This document shows positions 17,998-26,565 of a stretch of 64,000 nt of DNA, in pieces. Each line of letters opens with the position of its first letter. Position 1 is the stretch's first letter. Where the stretch lies: contig JBBUAP010000004.1 of NCBI GenBank assembly GCA_038058635.1, positions 31,196 to 95,195 of the forward strand, written 5' to 3'. Origin of the DNA: Patescibacteria group bacterium. Lineage in GTDB: Bacteria > Patescibacteriota > UBA1384 > 2-12-FULL-50-11. Made by a program: the position numbers and the translations under genes. A model generated the notes under the pieces. It saw only the letters and a list, made by a program, of their open reading frames with translations. It did no database searches and was not told where the DNA came from.

Positions 17998-19332
17998 ATG
18001 CTTCAGATTTACAACACTCTTTCCGGTAAGAAGGAAAAGTTTAAGTCGATTAAGCCCAAGAAAGTTGGCATGTATGTTTGTGGTCCAACGGTTTACGACT
18101 ACGGTCATGTTGGTCACGCCCGAACCTATCTAACTTTCGACCTCCTCAACCGATTCTTAGAATATCTTGGCTATAAGGTTAATTATGTTCAAAACATCAC
18201 TGACGTTGGGAACCTAGTAGGGGACGCTGAAACAGGTACAGATAAGATCAAGAAGAAGGCCCAGGAGACTGGCGAGAGTATTGGCGATATTGTGCGACAT
18301 TATACCGAGGCACACCTGGAAGATCTGAAATCCCTCAATATTCTCGAACCAAGCAATTCACCTAAAGCATCAGAGCATATCGCTGATATAATAAAATATA
18401 TCAAGGAGCTAATTACGCTTGGTTACGCCTATGTTACCGACGAGGGTAATGTCTACTTCAGCGTTAATAAAAAACCAGATTACGGCAAATTAAGCCACCG
18501 CGGACTCGCCGAAATTCTTACCGGCACTAGGGTTGAATCAGCCAAAGATAAGCGAATTGTGGCCGATTTTGCCCTTTGGAAAGCCGCTCCAACCGGAGCG
18601 ACAGAAATGGTTTGGGACTCACCCTGGGGTAAGGGATTCCCTGGATGGCACATCGAGTGCTCGGTTATGAGCCAGAAATACTTGGGCGATACTTTTGATA
18701 TTCACGGTTCAGCCGTCGAGCATGTCTTCCCGCATCACGAGAACGAGATCGCTCAAGCCGAGGCCAAAACCGACCAACCTCTGGCTAATTACTGGATTCA
18801 CTCGGGGATGCTGACAGTAAATGGGCGCAAGATGAGCAAATCGCTCAGTAACACCGTTCGTGTAACCGACGCCCTCAAGGACTATTCTGCTAATGAAATC
18901 CGTTTGGCCTTTTTCCAAACACCATACCGCCAACCGTTTGATTACACCCGAGAATCGATGACTCAAGGGATAGCACTCCGCTCCAAACTCTTCAGCGCTT
19001 ACATGGTTGCGAAGGTCGGAGGAGACGAGGAGCAGTTTACAGGTATAATTGACGCAATATCCGACGACCTCGATACTCATCGAGCCCTAGACTTGTGGTC
19101 GGAGTACGCCAAGGATTTAAGCCGAGAGCAGTTCGAGAAACTGTTTGACATCTTTGGATTAAAGTTCGTGGCGATCGAAGATAATCCTCAAGCCAAGAAA
19201 CTCACTGACGAACGGCAAGAAGCCAGAACCAGCAGAGACTTCCTCACTGCCGACAACCGCCGGACAGAAATCGAGCAATTGGGTTACGAGGTAGAAGACA
19301 CCGATTCTGGCTCGCGCTACATTCCGAGATAG
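17998..19332 (+). CDS. cysS: Cysteinyl-tRNA synthetase
   Basis: HIGH motif (HVGHARTY), CysRS zinc-binding residues and KMSKS (RKMSKSLSN). Confidence 0.95.
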   Translation: MLQIYNTLSGKKEKFKSIKPKKVGMYVCGPTVYDYGHVGHARTYLTFDLLNRFLEYLGYKVNYVQNITDVGNLVGDAETGTDKIKKKAQETGESIGDIVRHYTEAHLEDLKSLNILEPSNSPKASEHIADIIKYIKELITLGYAYVTDEGNVYFSVNKKPDYGKLSHRGLAEILTGTRVESAKDKRIVADFALWKAAPTGATEMVWDSPWGKGFPGWHIECSVMSQKYLGDTFDIHGSAVEHVFPHHENEIAQAEAKTDQPLANYWIHSGMLTVNGRKMSKSLSNTVRVTDALKDYSANEIRLAFFQTPYRQPFDYTRESMTQGIALRSKLFSAYMVAKVGGDEEQFTGIIDAISDDLDTHRALDLWSEYAKDLSREQFEKLFDIFGLKFVAIEDNPQAKKLTDERQEARTSRDFLTADNRRTEIEQLGYEVEDTDSGSRYIPR

Positions 19333-19356
19333 TATATATTTATTACCTGAAAACTA

Positions 19357-19385
19357 TTGACTTCCTTATATAATTAAGGTATATT
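19357..19385 (+). promoter_or_regulatory. Sigma70-like promoter (TTGACT-17-TATATT)
   Basis: The -35 is TTGACT, the spacer is 17 nt (tccttatataattaagg) and the -10 is TATATT, upstream of a GC-rich structured leader. Confidence 0.5.
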
Positions 19386-19426
19386 CTCACCGTACGTTAA
19401 GCGACCGAAATTCGTCGGCGCCGTCT

Positions 19427-19515
19427 CGGCTGGGATTTGGGAGAGCCGTCACATGAGTTGCCCTCGGGCTTCTCGACGGTTTCCCTCCTTCCCTTTTCCT
19501 GGCTGAGACGGCGCT
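19427..19515 (+). ncRNA. Structured GC-rich 5' leader element (unknown class) closed by a 10 bp stem
   Basis: gcgccgtctc ... gagacggcgc encloses about 65 nt that include a polypyrimidine tract tttccctccttcccttttcc (anti-SD-like). Confidence 0.35.
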
Positions 19516-19589
19516 GATGAACGCATTCGCTTGACGCGTTTGTTTACATCAACGACTACGATATGAGCCCCGCAAGGGGCGAGGTGGAT

Positions 19590-20513
19590 ATGAGAAAAGT
19601 ACTATGGATCATCGTCGCCCTGTTGGTTGCCACTCAGGCATTCGCGGGGCGATACAAGAAAACCTGGGAGGATGTCGGCCAAGTCTCCGTCGCGCTTTTC
19701 GACGACGAAGACGGGCACCAGAAGATCCTCTTCCGAGGATTACCAATGACAGCTGACCGGACACCAGGTCCCGCAGTCATGCGGTTCAACGGTGTCAACA
19801 TCGCTCAATGGAATGCGCCGACTTACGAATTCGAGTTCGATGTCGACGCCGGGTTCATCCCCGCTCTGCAGGGCAACCCAAGAAAGGGTGGCGAGTTGGT
19901 GATTCCGTGGCTGAAGAGCGACGCGAATCAGAAAGTCGATTTACGGCGGCTTGCCGTTGGCAAGAATACCGTCGAGATTTACTTTCTGTCTAAGGACGGT
20001 AACGGCAAACTGGACCGAAACCGAAGCGCTGCGCCAGCAACGCAATTTATCCTTGAGGAGACAGACCCGCCTCCAGCGGCCAATACCGCGAAAGGTGAAG
20101 TCTTGTCCACTACCCAGCTCGAAGCTGCGATCAAGCAGTCCTACGAGCAGGGAGCGAGTGAGGGCAAAGCCGCTGCCGCGCAAGAGCGCGAACAGCTGCT
20201 AGTTGAGTTGAAGAAGGCAACAGACGAGCTCAACGAGCTCCGTCGGCAAGTTGCCTTGAATACTCAGCCGAGAACAATGCCTTTGGGGCAGCGCTACCTA
20301 CCAATCAAATGCCAACTGCGGCAGGAGGATTGGCCCAAACTGGGTGATGAAATGGAATTGGTGGATTCGGCCGGAAGGTCGGTTGCCAAGGCCAAAGTAG
20401 TCGAGACTGTTCACGGGATCGGTCGATACTGGATCTCGGTGACCGTTCCGGTCGACTTCGACCCGGCTGGTCACACTGTACGGCGGCCGAACGGCCGCAA
20501 GGAGAATAGGTAA
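19590..20513 (+). CDS. Secreted hypothetical protein with C-terminal coiled coil (ORF opens at 19563; probable start at the second Met)
   Basis: Signal peptide MRKVLWIIVALLVATQAFAG begins at the second Met, which follows a GAGGTGG RBS; the coiled-coil-like segment is EQLLVELKKATDELNELRRQVAL. Confidence 0.5.
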   Translation: MRKVLWIIVALLVATQAFAGRYKKTWEDVGQVSVALFDDEDGHQKILFRGLPMTADRTPGPAVMRFNGVNIAQWNAPTYEFEFDVDAGFIPALQGNPRKGGELVIPWLKSDANQKVDLRRLAVGKNTVEIYFLSKDGNGKLDRNRSAAPATQFILEETDPPPAANTAKGEVLSTTQLEAAIKQSYEQGASEGKAAAAQEREQLLVELKKATDELNELRRQVALNTQPRTMPLGQRYLPIKCQLRQEDWPKLGDEMELVDSAGRSVAKAKVVETVHGIGRYWISVTVPVDFDPAGHTVRRPNGRKENR

Positions 20514-20517
20514 GGAC

Positions 20518-21483
20518 ATGAAACTCCTGAAAGTTTTACTCGCGGCTTTGGCCGCGAGTCTCGTCATTCCGGTCTTTGCTCAGAACGAAGGCGAGTACCT
20601 GGATCTATCCAAGGACCAGTTCGTAGCTGGGGGTATGACCTCAAGCGGGATCGCCAATGAGCTCTTGCCGGCTTTTGCTGGCTATGCTCCGAAGGAGAAG
20701 GCCGACGAGGTGATCTCGTTTGCCTTCAACTACGATATCCCGAAGCTTCAACTAGCTTTTCGGGATTCGAAAGGGAAGGTGCACACTCGCACCGGCAAGC
20801 TCGCCAAAGGCGAGAAGCTCATTTCGACGGTCAACTCCAAAACTCGCCAAGGTGGCATTTGGTTGGTTGACGCGACTGTGCGTTGGGCGCAGCATTGCGG
20901 TAACCCGCTGCCGTCACCCTTCCGGGTGACGCTCTGGATCCCGGACTGGTCGCAAGACCGGATCGTCGTCCAGAGAGTGGAAATACTGAAACCATATGCT
21001 GTCACGGTCCGTGAAAATGTCATCGTTCAGCAACTGATTCCAACCCTCGGCAATGTGGAGCTCAACCTGCCGCCGGTGGAGCGCGGCCGGTACAAGCTGA
21101 CGGTCGTTGGAAACGAGGGCGCAGGACATCGCTGGGAGTATGTGAAGTCCTTCTGGGACAACTTCCTAGACTTCCTGCGCGTTGCCGCTTTCCCGATCGG
21201 ACAACTCGTTCGTCGGGCGGACAACCTATCCATCAACACCTCCTCGCAAGGAGGAGCGGGTGGCAATGGTTATGGTGCAGCGGCAGCGGCTGCTTCATCC
21301 TCGTCTTCGTCGTCCTCGACGTCGGCGACGCCAACCTCCGCAGCCGGTACTTCTGGCTCTGGCGGATCGTCTGCTGGCGGCGCTGCTGGCGGAGGCGGCA
21401 ACGACACGACAGGAACCGGTTCGGGCGGAATGCCTGAATTGGTTCTCTTCTTTGAGCGGACTTGGTTGCAAGTCGCAGCCTAG
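20518..21483 (+). CDS. Secreted hypothetical protein with Gly/Ser/Ala-rich C-terminal region
   Basis: Signal peptide MKLLKVLLAALAASLVIPVFAQ; low-complexity tail [31 protein letters not shown]... Confidence 0.5.
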   Translation: MKLLKVLLAALAASLVIPVFAQNEGEYLDLSKDQFVAGGMTSSGIANELLPAFAGYAPKEKADEVISFAFNYDIPKLQLAFRDSKGKVHTRTGKLAKGEKLISTVNSKTRQGGIWLVDATVRWAQHCGNPLPSPFRVTLWIPDWSQDRIVVQRVEILKPYAVTVRENVIVQQLIPTLGNVELNLPPVERGRYKLTVVGNEGAGHRWEYVKSFWDNFLDFLRVAAFPIGQLVRRADNLSINTSSQGGAGGNGYGAAAAAASSSSSSSSTSATPTSAAGTSGSGGSSAGGAAGGGGNDTTGTGSGGMPELVLFFERTWLQVAA

Positions 21484-21494
21484 TTCGCTATCCT

Positions 21495-21526
21495 GGCCAA
21501 ATCACACAGCGCTGTGTGATTTGGCC
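21495..21526. promoter_or_regulatory. Perfect 32 bp palindrome between the surface-protein genes
   Basis: GGCCAAATCACACAGCGCTGTGTGATTTGGCC has perfect dyad symmetry; it could be an operator or an intercistronic hairpin. Confidence 0.5.
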
Positions 21527-21594
21527 TCATCCCATGCCTAACTAATGGTCGATTGGTTGGGAATGTAGATGAATATAAGTAAAGGAGAATAATA

Positions 21595-22203
21595 ATGAAT
21601 AAAGTAATTATTTCAATTCTTGGAGTTATTGTCGCAACTGGCTTTGCCGGAACGGTGTTTGCCGCTTCGACAAGCTCAAGTTCTACAAGCTCAACCAGCT
21701 CTTCTGTCGTCGTTTCTAACGGTAACGGTGGTGCTGCCGCTTCGAGTGGTGCATCAGGCGCTGCTTCAGCTTCATCCGGTAACGGTGCCTCTAGTGCATC
21801 TGCTGCTAGCTCTTCGAGTTCAGCTGCGGTTGCCAATGGTGCCGCGGCTAGCTCCGGTTCTGCCGGCTCTAGCTCAAGTGGATCAAGCTCGGGTTCCAGC
21901 GCTTCTAGCGCCGCCAGCTCTTCAGCTTCTGCGGGTGGCAAAACAATTGTCGCCTCAGACAAGAAGGACTGTCCTAGCGCTTCAGCCAGTGCTGCCGCCG
22001 CTGCTTCTAGCTCTTCAGCTAGTTCAGCTGCTGCCGCCAAAGCTGCTTGCTCCACTACTGCCAAGGTTGTTACAACCAAGTCAGTAAAAAGCCTGCCTGC
22101 AACCGGTGCCGAAACGGCCCTGTTGCCAGGTGCTATGGCTATGTTTGCCCTTGCGGCTCGACGCTTCGCGTTGGCCAAAAAGGAAGCAAGTCTCTTGGCC
22201 TAA
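21595..22203 (+). CDS. LPXTG-anchored Ser/Ala-rich cell-surface protein (sortase substrate)
   Basis: Signal peptide MNKVIISILGVIVATGFAGTVFA; the C-terminus carries LPATG, a hydrophobic stretch (AETALLPGAMAMFALAA) and a basic tail (RRFALAKK). Confidence 0.6.
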   Translation: MNKVIISILGVIVATGFAGTVFAASTSSSSTSSTSSSVVVSNGNGGAAASSGASGAASASSGNGASSASAASSSSSAAVANGAAASSGSAGSSSSGSSSGSSASSAASSSASAGGKTIVASDKKDCPSASASAAAAASSSSASSAAAAKAACSTTAKVVTTKSVKSLPATGAETALLPGAMAMFALAARRFALAKKEASLLA

Positions 22204-22248
22204 CCGCTAAGAGTTGTCGAAAGGCTTCGGCCTCAAGACAAAGAAAAT

Positions 22249-22274
22249 GACCTCGCAAGAGGTCTTTTTCTTTT
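22249..22274 (+). terminator. Rho-independent terminator after the surface-protein operon
   Basis: gacctcgcaagaggtc followed by tttttctttt. Confidence 0.75.
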
Positions 22275-22314
22275 GACTCAAGATTTTTTGTTGGTTAACG
22301 GATACAATAGATAC

Positions 22315-23304
22315 ATGAGCAATCAGGAACGGAAAGCGGAGTTGGCCGAAACTTTACGGATTGACGAAAAGTCAGCGCGGATTAAACACATCGAGGCCGA
22401 AATGGCGACGCCGTCTTTTTGGCAGGAACACCAGCGAGCGGCCAAGCTAACCCAAGAGTTGAAGCATCTGCAGGACTTTGTGGCGGAATTTGAGCTAGCC
22501 GAGACAGATGCAGAGTTAGAAAAGCTGGAAACTGAGGCTTTTTTCTCCGGCGATCACGACGATTCTTCTTGTTTTGTCGGCATTCATTCCGGCTCGGGTG
22601 GCGTCGATGCCCAAGATTGGGCGGAGATGTTGGCTCGGATGTACACTCGCTACGGCGAAAGAGCCGACTACAAAGTCACCCTACTCGATCAAGCCGACGG
22701 TGAGGAGGCGGGAATCAAAAGCGCGACCCTACTAATCGAAGGGTTCAGAGCATATGGCAAGCTCAAAGCCGAGAACGGTGTTCATCGATTAGTCCGGATT
22801 AGTCCGTTTGATGCTGCCAAAGCCAGGCACACTTCGTTTGCCCTGGTCGAGGTCGTCCCCGAAGTGGCGGACGCCAGAGAGATTGAAATCAAGCCCGAGG
22901 AGATTCGAATAGATGTTTACCGTGCTGGTGGACACGGCGGTCAGGGCGTTAACACCACCGACTCGGCGGTCCGAATCACCCACTTACCCACCAAAATTGT
23001 TGTTACCTGTCAAAACGAGCGTAGCCAATTGCAAAATAAGGCTCAAGCGCTTAAGATTCTTCAGGGGAAGCTTCAGTTACTAGACGATGAGAAGAGACGC
23101 ATCGCCAACCAAAATCATAAGGGCGAGCCGGTTCTGGCCAGCTGGGGCAATCAGATTCGTTCATATATTCTTCAGCCATACCAGATGGTTAAGGATCTGC
23201 GGAGTGGCTACGAGACCTCCGGCGTTGACGATATTCTTGACGGACACTTAGAGAACATAATTGAAGCAAATATAAAATACTTCGCTAATTTAAAGAAAGG
23301 ATAA
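22315..23304 (+). CDS. prfB: Peptide chain release factor 2 (no programmed frameshift evident)
   Basis: SPF tripeptide (RISPFDAAK), GGQ motif (GGHGGQGVNTTDSAVRITHLPT); the ORF is continuous from the ATG at 22315 (TTG at 22273). Confidence 0.9.
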   Translation: MSNQERKAELAETLRIDEKSARIKHIEAEMATPSFWQEHQRAAKLTQELKHLQDFVAEFELAETDAELEKLETEAFFSGDHDDSSCFVGIHSGSGGVDAQDWAEMLARMYTRYGERADYKVTLLDQADGEEAGIKSATLLIEGFRAYGKLKAENGVHRLVRISPFDAAKARHTSFALVEVVPEVADAREIEIKPEEIRIDVYRAGGHGGQGVNTTDSAVRITHLPTKIVVTCQNERSQLQNKAQALKILQGKLQLLDDEKRRIANQNHKGEPVLASWGNQIRSYILQPYQMVKDLRSGYETSGVDDILDGHLENIIEANIKYFANLKKG

Positions 23305-23306
23305 AC

Positions 23307-23618
23307 ATGGAACTACCAAAATTTGGACAAATGAAGGATATGTATTCTCTGGCCAAGAAAGCCAAGCAGATGCAAAAGGAACTCAAAGACCTTGAGGTTG
23401 AGGGTAAGTCGGCTAACGGCGAAGTAACGGTTGTGGTCAGTGGAGAAATGAAAATCGTCTCAATTGATATTAGTGAGCATATGCTAGAGCCCAGCAAGAA
23501 AAGAGAGCTGGAAGATATCATCAAAGAAACAGTTGCGAAAGCTCTGGCAACTGCGCAAAGCGAGTCGGCGGCTCGAATGCAACCGCTACTTAAGGATATG
23601 AACTTCCCGGGAATGTAA
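23307..23618 (+). CDS. ybaB: Nucleoid-associated protein YbaB/EbfC
   Basis: 103 aa; MQKELKDLEVEGKSANGEVTVVVSGEMKIVSIDIS matches the YbaB family. Confidence 0.85.
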   Translation: MELPKFGQMKDMYSLAKKAKQMQKELKDLEVEGKSANGEVTVVVSGEMKIVSIDISEHMLEPSKKRELEDIIKETVAKALATAQSESAARMQPLLKDMNFPGM

Positions 23619-23644
23619 GGGTAGCTCAAAAGTTAAAAGTCAAA

Positions 23645-23977
23645 ATGTCAGACTCGAATGTAAAAATCGTAATTACTGTCCCAACAACACACGCCGAAGT
23701 TGTTAGGAAAGCAATGGGTGATGCCGGTGCAGGAAAGATCGGCAAGTACGAGCACTGCACTTTTTCGTCTAAGGGTATAGGTAGATTTTTTCCAACGGCA
23801 GCAGCTAGTCCTAAAATTGGTTCCGTCGGAAAAATAGAGGCAGTTGAAGAAGAAAGAATTGAGACGGTCTGCCCCCGAGACAGTCTAGACTCTGTTATTA
23901 AGGCAATTAAAAGTGCCCATCCTTACGAGGAACTGGCCTTAGATGTCTACCCGCTTTTAGAGATGGAGAAGTCATGA
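23645..23977 (+). CDS. Small PII-like protein, Nif3/YqfO C-terminal-domain-like (tentative)
   Basis: C-terminal ...AHPYEELALDVYPLL resembles the Nif3-family C-terminal motif; 110 aa. Confidence 0.35.
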   Translation: MSDSNVKIVITVPTTHAEVVRKAMGDAGAGKIGKYEHCTFSSKGIGRFFPTAAASPKIGSVGKIEAVEEERIETVCPRDSLDSVIKAIKSAHPYEELALDVYPLLEMEKS

Positions 23978-24537
23978 TCCTCGTTGTTGGTTTAGGGAAT
24001 CCTGGGCAGAAATACGATAAGAACAGGCACAATCTGGGATTTTTAACGATCGGCGCGTTGGCCAAGAGATCGGAGCTTCAATTAAACGAAGACAAGTATA
24101 TACCAGCCGAGGCGGCCAAAAGTGACGACTTTCAGTTGATTGCCCCCCTAACATATGTCAACGAATCTGGTACTGCCGTGGCGAAGGTTCAGAAAAAGCA
24201 CAATATTGACCTCAGCGACATCTGGGTTGTCCACGATGACACCGAGATTCCGTTTGGAGAAGTTCGGGTCAAGCGGGGAGGCACTAGCGGTGGCCACAAC
24301 GGTATCAAATCTATTGACCAAGCGATCGGTCCGGATTATTGGCGGATCCGGGTTGGTGTTGGGCGTCCAGAAAATACGAACATCGACTTGGCCGACTATG
24401 TTTTGAGCGATTTTACGCCAGAAGAAGCGGGAGTGCTGCCGTTAATTATTGACCGAGTTGCCGATTTCCTGGTACAATCTCTCAAAGACAAGCAATTACA
24501 AGTAACAACATTCAATGGCACGACCAAAAACAATTAA
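23974..24537 (+). CDS. pth: Peptidyl-tRNA hydrolase
   Basis: MILVVGLGNPGQKYDKNRHNLGF...VVHDD...GGHNGIKS is the canonical Pth sequence. Confidence 0.9.
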   Translation: MILVVGLGNPGQKYDKNRHNLGFLTIGALAKRSELQLNEDKYIPAEAAKSDDFQLIAPLTYVNESGTAVAKVQKKHNIDLSDIWVVHDDTEIPFGEVRVKRGGTSGGHNGIKSIDQAIGPDYWRIRVGVGRPENTNIDLADYVLSDFTPEEAGVLPLIIDRVADFLVQSLKDKQLQVTTFNGTTKNN

Positions 24538-25465
24538 TCAACCAGTCGAGGAAGAGAAGCTAGCGGAGGCCGAGGCAGAAATTATGCCTCATCATTCAGC
24601 CGAGGCCAGTTTTGATGAGTCAGCTGGCAATGTCGACGAAGAAGCAGAAAAGGAGACAGCGGTTGAAGAAGGGGCTGATCTAGATCAAGCCATACCGGCC
24701 GAAGTAGCGGCCATTCATGTCGGCAACGAATCGGCCAGTGCGTTAAACAAGGCCGAGCCATCAAAACTGGAACGGAAAAAAGAGGCCAAGGCCGAGCGTC
24801 AGGCCGCTAAAAGCGAGAAGATCGCCGCTACCAAAGAAGTTGAGAGCAAGAGCCGCCGCTCCAAGAAATACCTCGCCGCCCGCGCCAAAGTCGAACCAGG
24901 GAAACTTTACCAACTCGCCGAAGCTCTGACTTTAGTTAAAGAACTATCAATGTCCAAATTCGACGGTTCTGTTGAAATTCACCTTCGTTTAAATAAGAAA
25001 AAAGCTAAGGGTTCAACCGAATCGAGCCGCGGCGTTGTCCACTTGCCTCACGGTACTGGCAAGGAAAAGAAAGTCGTCGTCTTGGACGAAAAGATGATCG
25101 ACGAGATCGCCAAGACCAAAAAAATGGATTTTGATATCTGTATCGCTTCACCGGAGTTGATGCCGAAAGTGGCGAAAATCGCCAAGATCTTGGGTCCAAA
25201 AGGTAAAATGCCCGACCCTAAATCCGGCACCGTTACTAACGATCCGAAAAAAGTGATGGAGGAAATTAAGAGCGGCAAGACTGAATATCGTGTTGACGCC
25301 AGCAACATCGTTCACCAAATCATCGGCAAGGTTTCCTGGGAAGATGCTAAACTGGCCGATAACGCTAAAGTCGTCATGGCAATCTATCCGAAATCCCGCC
25401 TCAACAGTGCTTTTATCACTGCTTCAATCGCCCCATCAATCCCGCTCGATCTAAGCAAGTTCTAA
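24515..25465 (+). CDS. rplA: 50S ribosomal protein L1 with ~110 aa N-terminal acidic/lysine-rich extension
   Basis: The canonical L1 core starts near KKYLAARAKVEPGKLYQLAEALTLVKELSMSKFDGSVEIHLRL; the start overlaps the pth 3' end. Confidence 0.9.
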   Translation: MARPKTINQPVEEEKLAEAEAEIMPHHSAEASFDESAGNVDEEAEKETAVEEGADLDQAIPAEVAAIHVGNESASALNKAEPSKLERKKEAKAERQAAKSEKIAATKEVESKSRRSKKYLAARAKVEPGKLYQLAEALTLVKELSMSKFDGSVEIHLRLNKKKAKGSTESSRGVVHLPHGTGKEKKVVVLDEKMIDEIAKTKKMDFDICIASPELMPKVAKIAKILGPKGKMPDPKSGTVTNDPKKVMEEIKSGKTEYRVDASNIVHQIIGKVSWEDAKLADNAKVVMAIYPKSRLNSAFITASIAPSIPLDLSKF

Positions 25466-25468
25466 CTA

Positions 25469-26002
25469 ATGGTACAAAGATTGGTCGCGCCAATCGGCTT
25501 TCTCATCGGCCTAGTAGCGCTAGCTTTTGTCATGCAAACGCTGGGAAACTCATCGCCAACCAATAAACCCCTAGTGGGTCCGGAGCTATTAAAACAATTT
25601 GAGATTGTCGAGATAGCCCCTCCGGCAGCAACTGTCACCGACGAAGACAGTAAAAAAGTTGATTTATCAACGCTTTTTTTCAAACCAACTCTAGTGACTT
25701 TCTGGAGCGTTAACTGCGGCGAATGCGATACCGGTTTGCCAGTGCTAGATAATTTTGCCAAAAGTCAGAGTCAAGTCGCGGTGATATTGATTGATACCAA
25801 AGACGAACCAAAAGACGCCGAGGAAAAACTTACCTCACTTAATGTGACGACTGGTACTTATTACGATACCGACGGCTCGACCTTCCAGAGCTGGGAGGCA
25901 ACGATGCCTGCGTCCTACTTTGTCATTAACGGCAAAATTAAATACTATTTTCCCGGCCGAGTTAGCCAGGAACACCTCGACGCCTTGTTGACGGTTCAAT
26001 AA
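25469..26002 (+). CDS. TlpA/ResA-like thiol-disulfide oxidoreductase (secreted thioredoxin-fold)
   Basis: N-terminal TM/signal segment; the redox motif is WSVNCGECD. Confidence 0.7.
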   Translation: MVQRLVAPIGFLIGLVALAFVMQTLGNSSPTNKPLVGPELLKQFEIVEIAPPAATVTDEDSKKVDLSTLFFKPTLVTFWSVNCGECDTGLPVLDNFAKSQSQVAVILIDTKDEPKDAEEKLTSLNVTTGTYYDTDGSTFQSWEATMPASYFVINGKIKYYFPGRVSQEHLDALLTVQ

Positions 26003-26060
26003 AAAAAGCCGCCAAGCCCGCGGATGCGGAACGAGGCGGCAGCAAGTTTGGGTTTTTCCT
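26003..26060. terminator. Bidirectional terminator hairpin between convergent genes
   Basis: A7-gccgcc...cccgcggatgcggaa...ggcggc-...gggttttt serves the plus gene ending at 26002 and the minus gene ending at 26068. Confidence 0.5.
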
Positions 26061-26067
26061 TGGTGAG

Positions 26068-26412
26068 TCAGTTTGCACAGATTTCTATGTTATCCCTCCA
26101 GTTTGCAATCCGGTAACTACCAGCCCTTTCGAAGGTTACACCGAGCAAATCTGAAAGAAGATCAGACAGCTCGTACTGCCACTTATTAGCAGAATCGCGA
26201 GTCATCTGAAAGTGAATGGCGAAGCTTCCAAATGTTCCGTTCACTTCGATATGCACCTCGTGGATGTTATTCCCGAGTTCGGAGGGCTTGTTGAACCGAT
26301 TGAATTGTTCGCGTAGTTCGTAAAGTGCAGAGAGCCAGCCCTTCGGCTGTATGTCGACAAGGACCGGATTTTCGTACAGTGCGATCGTCGCGTCTAATGC
26401 CGTAACTCGCAA
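26068..26412 (-). CDS. Hypothetical protein (114 aa), no recognisable family
   Basis: Clean ORF on the opposite strand to the flanking ribosomal genes, with its own upstream region. Confidence 0.4.
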   Translation of the reverse strand: MRVTALDATIALYENPVLVDIQPKGWLSALYELREQFNRFNKPSELGNNIHEVHIEVNGTFGSFAIHFQMTRDSANKWQYELSDLLSDLLGVTFERAGSYRIANWRDNIEICAN

Positions 26413-26516
26413 AATTTGCCTCCTGTGCGAAATTCGCTTGGAGCAATACTACCATCTTCGAGAGAGAAGGTCAACCCCCTTCTACCCCGAGCTGTCGAGT
26501 GGGCTGAGGGTAAATA

Positions 26517-26555
26517 AAAAAGCCGCGCCAGAGGCAGATGCCCGGGCGCGGGAAG
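26517..26555 (-). terminator. Rho-independent terminator for the 26566..26982 minus-strand gene
   Basis: Plus strand reads aaaaaagccgcgcc-agaggcagatgcccgg-gcgcgg: a hairpin plus a U-tract when read on the minus strand. Confidence 0.5.
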
Positions 26556-26565
26556 GCAGGAAGGT

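Noticed and set aside
21480-22178. 232 aa minus-strand ORF antisense to the LPXTG protein gene
   Set aside because: It is an Ala/Glu/Leu low-complexity shadow ORF caused by the GC-rich Ser/Ala-rich coding sequence on the plus strand. The plus-strand product has a signal peptide, an RBS and an LPXTG sorting signal.
19400-22270. Horizontally transferred genomic island
   Set aside because: GC3 is visibly higher than in neighbours, but the difference is moderate and there are no integrase, tRNA or direct-repeat boundaries. Composition may simply reflect Ser/Ala/Gly-rich coding. Mentioned only as a possibility.
22273-23304. Programmed +1 frameshift in prfB
   Set aside because: The RF2 reading frame is continuous from the ATG at 22315 with no internal in-frame stop or CUU UGA C-type shift site; the TTG at 22273 is just an upstream extension.
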